The position numbers and the translations under genes were made by a program. From positions 62,001 through 123,177 of the forward strand of contig JYFJ02000549.1 in NCBI GenBank assembly GCA_000934665.2: a DNA stretch of 61,177 bases. Reading direction: 5' to 3'. Every line of letters begins with the position of its first letter. Within the stretch, counting starts at the first letter, position 1. This DNA is from Catajapyx aquilonaris. Its lineage: Eukaryota. Below the pieces are notes generated by a model that searched no databases, was not told the origin of the DNA, and worked only from the letters and a program-made list of their open reading frames with translations. This document shows, piece after piece, positions 33,799 to 46,400 of the stretch.

Positions 33799-36700
33799 TA
33801 AATCCCTCTTCTGCCTCCCAATATATATTTCCAATCTATTGCTATATTCATGGCCTTGGTTCCACAATATTTGACTGGTTCACGCCTTCCTGTCGTCGTA
33901 CCTGTCAAACCTAAGCATGCGATTGATCAGTATAGTTACATAACCTGCTAATAAAGGAAGGAAGTCACTTTGGGGATGAGTACTCCCGGGCTATGGAGGA
34001 GGGAGCCAACTTCGTTAAAAAGTGAAATAAAAAAATGGACGGTGCACCATCTAATTGAAGTCATCAGAGCAAGCAGCCTTCTGTGACGCTGTTGCAGATC
34101 GAGATGGGTAGTAACTTGAGCTGGTAATGAGCAACAGGTGGAACTAATTGCTCCTTCTTCCGACGTTCAACCGAAACTTTGACCTTCGATATTTCAAGAG
34201 CGTCAGTTATCTGTGACATAACGCGGGATTTTCTAAACCTTGCCATCACCATTTATGACTTAACTCTAAGTATTGTGGGTACACTTCTGCCAAGTGTAAC
34301 GTGTACCTGTGGTTATAATGAAGTTTGATTACCGTGCACGACTAATGCACAGTACATGAACTCTCACTCTAACCCCATCCGCGTTGTAATGCAACGAGTG
34401 AAATTTTCTCATGAACTTCCATGTCAAGTATGTGTAGCCTTTACAATATTGGGGGCGTGTAGGCTTCGCCTCCCAGAGTGCAGAACTTGGTTGAAATCAC
34501 GGAACCGGTGCGGTTTTAGTTTCTCTGTGCAGCATGTTGGGTGGAGATTAATCTACGCTACCCTAGGGCAGAAAAAAGGCCATAATCTATCCGTTCATAT
34601 AGATCTTAATAGCCAAGTTCTCCACTTCAGCAAGCAAACTGGACCTTGTGTCACGGCGTTGCAATTTATACCACTTATCCTTGAAAAAGAAGTTGCCCCA
34701 CCGTCTAAAAAACCGCGTTTCAAGGAGCTGTGTTGCAGGAATGCAACGCCTGCAGAGTAGACCTTACTGCAAAACAATAGAGGCTCGTTGTTTATCTAAT
34801 TCACGTGATGTGATCACATTATGCATTCTTATCCGTACTTCTTAAGGACAGCTTGTACGGATGCCCCCTAGGTTGTTATGCAGGCACCTTATAAAAACAA
34901 GTTGTATAGTCCAGTTTTTATCATTACAGCGTCAAAGTGCTTGCTCCTTTGCTATATGTGGTGTACTGTAGATTCTTCACAAATAGCAGGCGGTGTTTAC
35001 GTTGCTTGAATTCGCTCTATTTAGAACGTTTTTCTCGAGATTATGCAGTTGAAAGCTCTTTTTATACTACCGACAAGAAACTAACTTGATAATGGGCGGT
35101 TTAGGCAACGGAGCGGCTCGGTGTTGGATTTTTCTTTGCTGCCGAGGATAGTGAAAATATATAACTAACAAAATGTTGAGTACTTGTAGCTTTTGTAGCT
35201 GTTGTTACGTCATAAATGTTTCAGCATACGATAATATATAACAATTGACACATTAAAATACTCGATAACACGAATGGATGACTTTAAATAATGAAAGAGG
35301 CTTGTTGACCTTACATTCAACTGCTAGTATAAATCACAACTACACTGGCAAATGTCACACTCTTACTTTACATTTAGCAGTCACAGCTTTGTTGCTTCTA
35401 TAGATCCAGATCTGCACTTGGCAAATATGCCTATACGGAGTGTTTCTTACTATTTGATGATCCCATCGCCACCACAATCGTTGGCCCAATATACAAGTCT
35501 AAAATGTATGGGTGAGAATTGTCAAGGGACCAACCTAGACCACCAGACACATTTGTCTTCCCCTTAGACGCAGGTGACAACCAACATTGTGGCCAAAAGT
35601 ACCAATTAAAAAAGCCCGTTGCAGTGTTTGCATTGGGAGCAGGATATGAATGTGATAATGGTTATTGTGGAAAAATCTTCATATAGTCACTAGTAAGAAA
35701 CTATCTGTATTCACCGTTCACCGGTCAGAGATTTTAAAATGTTTACATTTGGCAGAAAGTAACTAGCCAGCCGCAATAACGGTACTTTCGCTAAACCGCA
35801 TGACATGACTTGCTGACAAAATTTTATTTATGACAACAACGCCACACTTCAACCTCTCTATATTTCTATGAGTAGACTACAGTACACACTAAATGAAACC
35901 CCCACCGCAGCTGGCCAGGACATAAGGTTAAAGCCCTCTAAGAATGGGTACTATATAATTGCTACTTTTATATTTAAAATTCCAATCCTCCGAAAATGGG
36001 CTGGAACACGACAGCAATTCTTTTGAAAAAAGCAGTACCGCCCTTTTGTTAATGAGTATTAGTGTAAGAAGACCCCCCGTCATATTCACAGGCGAGCACT
36101 TTAGTGCAATTAGAGCCCATTGATCATCATTATTAGGCGTGGGCTGGCCGCCTCGTTCATGACGATGGGAATAAATTCCATCCTGCAAGCAGCATGGTTG
36201 GTTGTCAAGTGGTGTGTGTACCAGCAGTACAGTACATTATGGAGAGAGAGCGAGAGTAGTGGAACAAGTGGAGCAAGAGTGCAAGACAGTCGATGTATTT
36301 GTATCTGTAGTAATAACCTTGTCGAAGACATACTGTACTACTACTCCTCCCAAAGCGAGAACTCTCGATTTCTTTCTCTAGAGTTTGGCCACCCGGAAGA
36401 CAGCATCCATGCCTTGTTTCCTGCTTGCCGTTAGTGTCCAGACAGGTTTCATGCTCAGTAAAAAAAGAAAGAGAAACAAAACACATCCCATGTATGGTTA
36501 CGTACCGCTCGTCATTTCGTATGGACAAGTGTGCTACTTTTGCAACATCTGCCAACATGTGCACTTGCACGCTTCGTCACTGACTAACTACAGGATTTTC
36601 TATGGTCCTATAGGTTTCATCATTGTTGTTCATAACCAGCGGTAGGGCTTATTATATTGGCTCAGGCTATAAAGCGAGCCTTCATTGAAGTGGAACAAGT

Positions 36701-36895
36701 ATGCCGTGCGGAAGAGCCGTAATAATATTTAAATAAACTTCGTTCCGCTTTCAATATTACTGAGCTGTTTTGGTGCGGATAACTACACGAACTTCTGCAT
36801 AACCTCAAACCATTATCAGTCAAATCATCGGTATTGAAGTACTGTATAATGAAAATCACAACAACCAGCATGAATTTACACCAGTCAGTATATGT

Positions 36896-37111
36896 CAGTG
36901 GTTTCCAACCGGGAGGTCGCGAGCCTTGGTTTAACTTTTTTTGTGCAATTTCTGTGTCAATTGAACCATTTTTGCAGCCGTACAGAGTGTATGTTTTCTG
37001 GAAAGGTGACAGTTGTAGGAGGGACCGGGGGAGGGGAGGAAGGGGGGGGGGTCGCACATTTATGGAAACATGTTTAGGGGGTTGCAGTTGGTAAAAGGTT
37101 GGAAACCACTG
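36896..37111. mobile_element. hAT (Charlie-like) MITE with 8-bp TSD
   Basis: TIRs cagtggtttccaacc / ggttggaaaccactg; perfect TSD gtatatgt at 36888-36895 and 37112-37119. Confidence 0.9.
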
Positions 37112-40100
37112 GTATATGTGATATCCCAAGTATCCGAAATACATTATTGACCAGTGAACAAAGAAAAACGATGCTAATGATGAACCCTGTTTAATTTCGT
37201 AAGTGCTGATTTAGATATGATCTTGTGGGTGTCCATACTGTCCTCTCATTCACAATAGCAGGATAAAGTGGCATGCAAATGACCTACATTGAAAGTAAAC
37301 CCTGTCATTACATTATGAATATGACTGTTGCCTAGCCCTTTCCTGTATAGTACTCGGATATTGGTAGGGATCGTCATTGTGTTGCATCCATTCACTCATT
37401 CACACCATATTATTTCCACTCGTATAATCAGATTTAACAGTGCATATAATTTATGGCTTCAACCACGACGTTGGTCATGTCGCATGCTAGTTATATCACC
37501 ACAAATGGGCATTTTAACACTTTTATAGTGGCATAGCTTTGCAAACCGATCTAATTCTATACTTCCCCCGTACTTACCTTTTTCCACTCTCTGATCCTGC
37601 ACCCTGTATTTGGAGAATACAAATTCGTTGTATGCAAGAGTTGCGACAAAACAAACCCTTCAATTCATAACAGTCACAATTTCATCATTGTTTGCTTATT
37701 AATTACCGGAACTGACATAGCGTACTCTTCATAAATCTCGCACAATAAATCAGAAACGATTTTGCAACTTTCGCAACGCCCAACTACCCATACTCGCTGT
37801 GTCAATTATATATAAAAAAAGAAGCAAGAAAACCCCCCGCTCGCGAGATGACCCTTGATACCGGGTCGACCTTCGAAGGGATACTTGGCGATCCACACAT
37901 TCAGGTCACCGAACACCGCTTCGTACGTTCAAATCACCACACCCAAACGCCCTGGTCTTTTTCATGCAGTTGGGCGGAGTCGGAAAGAAACGCTTTATTT
38001 TATTCTTTTTCCGATACAGTATCAGTCACCTCCATGTCTCATAGGACCTAATAAGTAGCCCAAGACGTATAACGAATATTGTTGAGATGACGTATGGCCG
38101 CACCTACGTCGATACTTGATTCCTACTGGGGAGTGCCCTTCCGGTGAGTGCCAAAATGGCAGACATTGCGGGCCTTGATCTTCCTGGGCCAAGCCTTCAT
38201 ATCCGTTTCTAACGTAACAAAAAAGCGTGTCATACTTGTATGTTAGATAACCAAAACTCATACACTCATTTTCTGAGAGATTGTTGTACTTTTTTCAGTT
38301 TGAACTTGCGGGTATTTGTCCAATTATTTTTCTGTTATACGGAACATACATGCGAACTCCGTTTTAAACCGGATTAGCTAGAAGGTATGATTGGGGAATA
38401 GACATGAACATATAGTGCATAGTATATTGTTCATGTGTTGCACAACGGTTACAAAACGCACATTCTATAAGTTATTTGATAATTACATGAATATGGTACC
38501 GTCGATACTGGATTACCTTGAATATTGCTGGAGGCCCCCCATCATTTAATACGGGCATTTCGTGCAGACAAAAATTTTGCCCGTCAGTCATAGCAGAAAG
38601 GCATCAATCTGGCATGCTATCGGAGTGCTTTCATCCTTTCCCTTAGGCATCTCCCTCCCAATCATTTCTTTTCCTCCCGCTAAAAGCAAAAGTAAGTCCT
38701 CCGAAACAGGGGAAGGTACTCGATCACAATTTTCAGATTGTGTAAGGCAACTGGGGCGCCTGTAGTGTACTGTGGAAATCAGAACGATGTGACGCGCGTC
38801 CTACTTACACTTCTCTTCGGTTAGTTCACCTCCCCCTGAAGGAAGCCTCGCAACCTGAGTTGAGTAAAAATTTCACGTTTGCCAACTACTAGACCTGAAG
38901 AAGCAGATACGTCACTCTTCTTACAGCCACCCTTTTGGGTGTTGACGCATCCATGACCTTCGCTTATGTAACGATGCGATGCGACAATATGGTGTATATT
39001 AGCAGGATGGTGTCATGCTTTTATATGGACCGGATTTTTTTTCCTGCGTGCGTCTTTAAGTTTGTTGATGTTAGAAGTAGAAGGAAAAAAAAGTTTTATA
39101 GGAGTAATCCGCTGCTTTTACTTTCTTCAGTGAAGAATGCTACGAGCAGGTCCTCCTGCCCTTTCCTAGCCAGACAAACAAGTTTTGGTCCCCACCACCG
39201 CCCTCACCTCCAACCTCTTATCCGGTCCCTATAAACTAGCGGACACCAGAATACCTGTGGCCATTCAAAAGTGGTATGCCCGCTATTGTTAGAGGAAATC
39301 ATGTGACCAGAGAAATCAACAATAGCGTGAAATCAATTGCGAAGGGAAAAAAAGATGCCACTTATAATGTGCAAGAGATGTGGCCACGTTTCTATTCACT
39401 ACTCTTTACCAGAGTGGAAAGACATATATGCATGTCAGGAGAGGCGAAGGCAACATGGACTTTAAAGGTCGACGGATTACAGTTGTACCTGGAAAAAAGA
39501 TCGAAGGAAAAATGATATAAATTACCTCGTGGCATGAAATGAAAGTGGTGGACCTTGTTTTAAAAAAAATAAGTGGGTACAAAAAGGACTTATAAAAAGG
39601 GAATCTCCTTTTTGCAGAGTTTGTTAAACGAGTAAGGACATGCCTGACAGAAGACCGCAAGAATATTACGAGTTGTAAATGTCCCGTTAGCCTTAAATGT
39701 CTGTGGAGCTCGCAAAACCGTTATGGATAAATTGGCCCGTTTCATTATTTAATGCAATAATGTGCGTAGCTTATAAAATTTACATTTGGTGCTATTATTC
39801 CAGCTATAAATAGCTTACCACAAAATAGTGCCGAACCTTCATTTCATTTCTGGAGAATATCGACAACGATTCTACCCTAACTTCAAATAGACCTTTGTAT
39901 CATTCATTATTTTGCATCATAGTGCAATACAAAAGAAGGCAATAAGTACAACAGGCGGAATAACTGACTGCATCAATAATATAACATGAATTTAGATTCA
40001 CAATCTGACTGTAAATAATTATTGTTGTTCTATAAAGTGTAATTGCAGTTCTGAAAATGTACTTTTGAAATTGGCCTGAATTCTACATGACTTACATAAG

Positions 40101-43100
40101 GGAGGGCAGCAAGAATATTGCAATATTTCCACTGTCAGAACTAATCTTTGATGGATGTGCTGCTCCGAGACCTTGCACTGATTGGCTACGTATTCTTATA
40201 GCCCCACACTCGAGCAGAAAAAGGGACAACACAAGTGTCCGACTTTCCCAGCATTTCCCGCCCACATACGTTCTGGAACAACGACAAAAAAAAGCACACA
40301 ACAACTTCTACATGTCACCTTTATCTTTCTCCGAAAACCCATTTGACTATTGGGCAAGTGTTGCTTACCTCACCTCTGCATCACTTTCCCCTCTTTGTGG
40401 CCAATTAGCAAGTGTCCATCATCGTTACACCCCCAACTTATTTGAATATTCAAAGTCATATTTTGGTCTGCACGAGTGCTTTCATATTAGCGCAGTCTTT
40501 TATTCTGGAGCAAACTAATATAGAACATACTGACCTTAGAAGAAACGGTTACATCATGATGTTGCTTTTTTTTGCCTGGCCAACTAACAATAATTGTCTT
40601 TTCTGCAACGCGTGGGAGTGACGTGACGGCCTTGATGCACATTCTCAACTCGTCCTTTGCACATATACGTCACTTGAAATGCACAATCCAATGAGGAGAA
40701 ACGCTCAGTTCAGGTTGCACAATTGAATAATTTATTTGCATCATTGCAAAAGAGGCCATTTTCCCTCATTTTTGGCTGGAATTGTCAGGAAAGTTGGGCA
40801 GACAAACGTGTTGGTCACGGATCTTGAGGAGTAGAACAAAAAGTGTTCTCCCATTTTCCTTGCATTTCAGTGCTGGATCGTAACCTTCGTTGCACTTTCC
40901 CACTACATGCAAGGTCGGATTTTTAAAAATGCAACTGTCTGAAAGTGCAACCCATGGTGCAAGCGCAGATATATGGGGAGTCATTCTGACTAATAGAGCA
41001 TGAGTGACAGGATTGTCACGAGAGGAATTAGGAAAACTATTCCTTACCAGGTCATATTTGAGGCCGATTAATTCAAGCGACAAATCGTGTAAATTAAAAT
41101 AATTTATGTATTCGATGTAATTAATACAAATAATTTGCATAATAGGCAGGTGCAAGACAATAATATACAATGCAGTACGAGCATAGCGTTGGTAGCATAT
41201 TAGGGGTATAATTCGTAATTTATTCGCCTTGATAGCTGCTGTACAGTGCTATTCGAGAGTGGACCAATTGGCTCATATACGCAGCGGTATTTTGTGACTT
41301 AATAAGGTAAATAGTGCCCCAGTTGGCCTCATGACTGCACCCGTTTGAATGTTTGCCATGGTGCCGGCAGCTAATCTAAATTATATGATATTGGCACACC
41401 AATGTGCAATTAGCAGCAAATCTAGGAAGGGAAATATTCTGCAATAATTCTGCAAGAACATTTTGTGCTCGTATTTCGTCCAACTTGCAAACAGTCAAGT
41501 ATTTGTTTCCAATCTGCCCACAATAAAACGATTTTGTAAACGGAACTTTCTCCGTTGTAAAGTGCTCTACATTTTTGCGACGATCAAGGATTTCCTTTCC
41601 TCTTCGACACCTCAATAAAATGTACCACAGGTGCGATATACCGGTATCATGAGCGAATTGGACGAAAACCTGGAACTGTTATGCAACTGATGAACCTATT
41701 CTTTTGGCTCTTTGAATGGGCCGGGCGTCCTGATAAAAATCCATTAGAAGGACAATATGTAGGACAGCGGGAGAAAAGAACATTAACGTAGCCATTAATG
41801 GAGCGGAGTATAGAATCAGCCTCCTGCAAGTTTCCATAGAGCTTTCTACCTCGTCGTCTGATCCCGGACGCAGTCAAGGACGGGTTGACCAATTCACATT
41901 ATCACCAAGCTAGTAAGGCTTTATCTGGATTACTCACTTATTGCCAGGTCCTACAATTCAACCAAGTTAATCAGACTGTGATGATCGCTCATTCACAATT
42001 TCACAAGCGTATGCAACAAATTCTAGTGGATTTTATAATGAACTCTACAAGCTATACCACTGAAAGAGGCCTCAAAATCACAATAATTGTACAGTGCTGG
42101 ACATATAATTTAATATATATTTTTCTATAAAGCGTACAGTATATACATAGGTCAACAAAAATGTTTCGGACAGAAAATTCTGCATAAAACGTAACCGAAA
42201 TTTACACCAAAATGATGTACCGCATTGTGAGATTTCCAAGGTTTCTAAAAAGATGTGGTACAAAATGTGCTTTCACAGTGGCACTTGCAAATTCTTACCG
42301 ATTGAAAATGCTGTCGATATATCCTGAAGGAAGTGAAGGGGCTGAAAACGAAAGGGTCCATTCACAATGTGCGACTACAAGGGGGAAGTGGAGTAACAGA
42401 ATGCATGGCTGCACTTAATGGTTGGAGGGAGGGATGTAGCCATCGCGGAAATGTGATACATTTTATAAATCTTGTGTTTGGGATATACGCACTCTGAAAA
42501 TGCGAGTAAATCTTCAGTTTACAGCATCTCACCTTCACATTTGGCCTGCGGAAGTACGATGAAAGGGCATTAAAAAGGTGTCTGAGGAGGGAGGTGTCTC
42601 TTTTTCTTTTAGGCCTGTAGTAAAGAGAGGGCGTGAGCCACAATGTAAATTTAGTGGCTATTAGGAATAACTAATTTATTTTTCACCTTATTTGGATACA
42701 TATTTTTATTAACTTGAGAGAGGCCATCACGAAACACCGTAGCAACGTTACACAAATGGACCATGAATTTGGGCCCTCCGCTACAACATCTTCATTTGAC
42801 CGTTCCAGAAGCTGCAGATTGGGCACGTATTGGCAAAATTCTCTAGCAAGAAAGGACTCCACGTGATCACCCTATCTGCCCTTCTTAGATTGCTGATGCT
42901 GTGGTGCACAACACCATCAGCCGCATTCCACGATGGAATGACACCGTGTCGAATGGCAGTATGCGAATCCACATAATTATATCCGTTCGACCCTCCCTTC
43001 ATCCAATTGCTTACGTAAAAGTTGAGTATAGTTACGGGTGCACGGTCAACTCCTCCTCCCGTGGCCATGATGGTTCCACTGGCATCCCAAACCGGTCTTT

Positions 43101-43144
43101 CCACCTGAGGCCTAGCTAACCACCCCCTCCTTCTCTACCTCCAC

Positions 43145-43269
43145 GCCATCTTGGCCGATCCGTTGCAGTTTCAAAATGGCGCCAAGAGAGAGGAGTCCTC
43201 CAAGCCGCGCTCCTCACTTATAGACAAATCAGTCAACGATCATTACTTCGTTTCTTCCTTTACCTTCAA
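43145..43269 (+). promoter_or_regulatory. Candidate promoter and short non-coding first exon of the second gene
   Basis: Two opposed YY1/Pho-like motifs (gccatcttgg 43145, caaaatggcg 43172), initiator-like TCAGTC at 43229-43234, donor caa|gtgagt at 43270. Confidence 0.45.
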
Positions 43270-43463
43270 GTGAGTAATATCATTGCAGTTCAATGAAGTT
43301 TACTTAGGAAATTTTTTTCTGCCTTCATTCTTTCCTGTGGTGATGGTGAGAGGTAGAGTAGCAGCTGTTGTCAAGGTTGAGCCGACAGTCTTTTTTATTT
43401 TACGCTCGGATCGTTTACTGTTTACACTTCTTTTGACCCAAATTTCCCTTTCCTTTTGCAGAT

Positions 43464-43493
43464 ATGGCCCCCTTGCAGCGGCTCTTCCTTTGG
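43464..43493 (+). CDS. First coding microexon (MAPLQRLFLW) of an unidentified secreted or membrane protein; exon 43462-43493
   Basis: Strong acceptor tttccctttccttttgcag, ATG 2 nt into the exon, consensus donor tgg|gtaagt, phase 0. Confidence 0.6.
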
Positions 43494-46400
43494 GTAAGTG
43501 TCTTTTTATATATTTGTTGTTGATACACTTCCATTCCGAGATGTATATTCGTGTGGGTAAACTGAGTGACGTCACACTTGTTTCCTTTTCTGGAATGAAG
43601 GCGGAGATTCTGAACGCCACCCACCAGGCTGGTCATATGAGGAGATGTGGGCATATATTCGTTAGGTGTGGTTTTAGGTGTGTGAAAAAGTCAAAGCCGC
43701 GTGTTACAAACATTGACTCATTGTTGGATTATCCTTGCCTTAGCAGGGAGTATTATTTTTACATTACATGGTCATGTCAAGGTCCTGTCAGCAAGGACTC
43801 TTAACTAACAATAGGATTGATTTGCGGCGATGTAATTGCAAATTAGCAGGAGGTCTCTCATATGCGCGAAGCAAGACAGCAGTTGCTCGTCTTATTTTTT
43901 GCATGCGTAAAAATACCCCGTCCGTTATTCGGCATCCAGGGAATTCACAGCTTAAATTGCCCTTCACACCATATTTTCTCGACTCATGACCTCGGAGCAC
44001 GGATACTACGAAACAATTGAGAGGTCACTCACTTCGTGCTCATCAACTGTACTGACAGACTTGCAAGGCTTGCAACAACGAGTGAATGACGTGATTTTCA
44101 TCTTAGGCTGGTTAACGCTATACAAGCATATATACTCTAAGAAAGGGAATAGAGTGGCCTGCTATGAGCCTATTGACCTATCTGTGTGTCAGGCGTGGCA
44201 AAGAATTTCCTTGCGGACATTAATTGGGAGGGCAGCTGCTGAAACACACGACAGGGACTGAAAGGAAAGCCACACCCTTCTCAATATTACCTAAAGAAAG
44301 TGTTGCTGTAATTTGAGGCTATTTACACTTTGACTTGATAATGAGCCATTCACCTATTGTTTGCGTCCTGCGTAATTAAACGATAAAACTCTTCAGTTAG
44401 TTAAATGGTGCATAAATAATCAATTGATGTGCAATGTGTACGGTGTTTAACCAGGGCCATCTAAGTTTGATGAGCTGTCAGGAAAATAAGGAAGAAAAGT
44501 AAAGTTCTTTTTAGCTTTAAAAGTTTTTGCATAGGTGAAAGCATCTATTTTGATTATAATTCTAAATTTTTCGTCGATTATTTACGCACGTTTTGAGTTA
44601 GGACCTTGCTTGGTCACGTTCTGTAAAGAATAAAAATAGCACTTGAGGGCAATGTCAGAAAACCTGATTGAAAGATCAATATATTACTCATGTGATTGCA
44701 TATGTCAATGACAAATGATAATTGAATTTATTGAGTCGCGCAAGACTTTCTCAGCCAAAAAAATGGGAAGGAGAAAGCGAGTTGAAGTGGAACTGGTGAA
44801 TGAAAGTCTATTACGACCAGCGATTCGATTGCTGCAAGGAAATTCCGCTGCCATATAAAACTTGCAAGAAAAGTGCAAATGTCGTATAAGACGGTAGCAA
44901 GACATAAGCCTATGCATGTTTAGATATTTTCAATTTGATTGGCTCGCAAAGAGAATGGGCTAGTAAAATCTGCACCACTTCCATGGTGCCAACCAAAGAA
45001 ACACACATGGAAACCACAAAATGCACAATATTCTGAGAAAAAAAAAAGTAGAGCAACCATTTATCAAAAATGGCGAGAGAAAGGGAAAACTATGGACCCC
45101 AGCTTCGTGACGGAGCATATGACGCATTAATGTAACATGTCTGAAGGATCCGAGTGTACGTATAAAGTTCCGTTCTCGTGCGTGACATAACATGAAGGCC
45201 AATCTATACCTCCCCGCGAGAAACCTCACCTGATGAAAATACCTTGCAACACATTATCCCTCCTCTCATGGACGCACTTCCATGCTTATACAGTTATATT
45301 TGAGAAGGACTATCACGGTTTTGGTACCGTATATGTATGCAAACGGTACCTGTTGGTTACCCAATCTCAGAGTCTGATTGAAAAAGAAAAAGAACGTCTG
45401 AGAAATGTCGCCGTTGGTTCTGCCCGGTCACATTGTTTGCATAGAATGTGACCACCATGAAAGAAAGAAGAAAAAAAAGTCTGTAGCATCAACGTCCTTC
45501 CCTAGAAGCTCCAAGGGTACGGATAAAATCCAATGTAAGTAGGACGTGTACGGTCCGGAGGAAAAGTCTTTCACGCCTGGCAAACCACTGCGAAAGTCAT
45601 GGGTATACAAGTAAAAAGTGTGAGCAGATGAGGCAGATAAAAGGATTATCCTCCACGTTACATGCGACGTTGGCCGTGGCCGTGTTTCTTGCCAAAAATG
45701 TCGCCTTCGATTGCATATTAATTCACAGGAAATGAATCATGCAATCACTCATTTGACATTGTCTTCTCTGTTAGTATACGTATATGTGTGGGAAGGAACA
45801 TGGTGATGAGTTGATGACTCAATCTTGGAAAAAATTACAGTAAAGTTGCCGGATATAATCCATTGGTGGATAGGTATATGTTTACATAATTACGTATACA
45901 TATCATTTATTCTAGGCCGGAATAAATATCCTAAAGCATATTCAGGTAATGCGATGCTTGCTCCATGACGTGCATCACGCAATGTATTCAGGACAAAAAC
46001 CGATTTCTTACTGTTATTGAAACAAACACAATGAAGCTCCTGAATCCTATATGTTATACAGTACAATAGTACATCCAATCATTGGAAGTTCATTTTGGAT
46101 TGATATTACGTGTGTATAAGTATCACTTTACTGCTCATTGAATAATTAAATTCCTTTTCGTACAATCATACATTTGATTATTTTCATACTTCCGTAATTA
46201 GCAGTTAAACATCGGACTCGTCCCCAATATGCGGAAAGTGTTCGCAAAAAATTAACAATTCCAAATTTATATTTAATGAGATCTATTATTGCTCTTCTTT
46301 TGTTGTATTTTAGTGAATTGGTCCTCTTACAGACCAATCCTAATTCTCAACTGTTTCTCTTCAAGAACGTTCCACTTCGGAACCTCAGAAATTCAAACCG

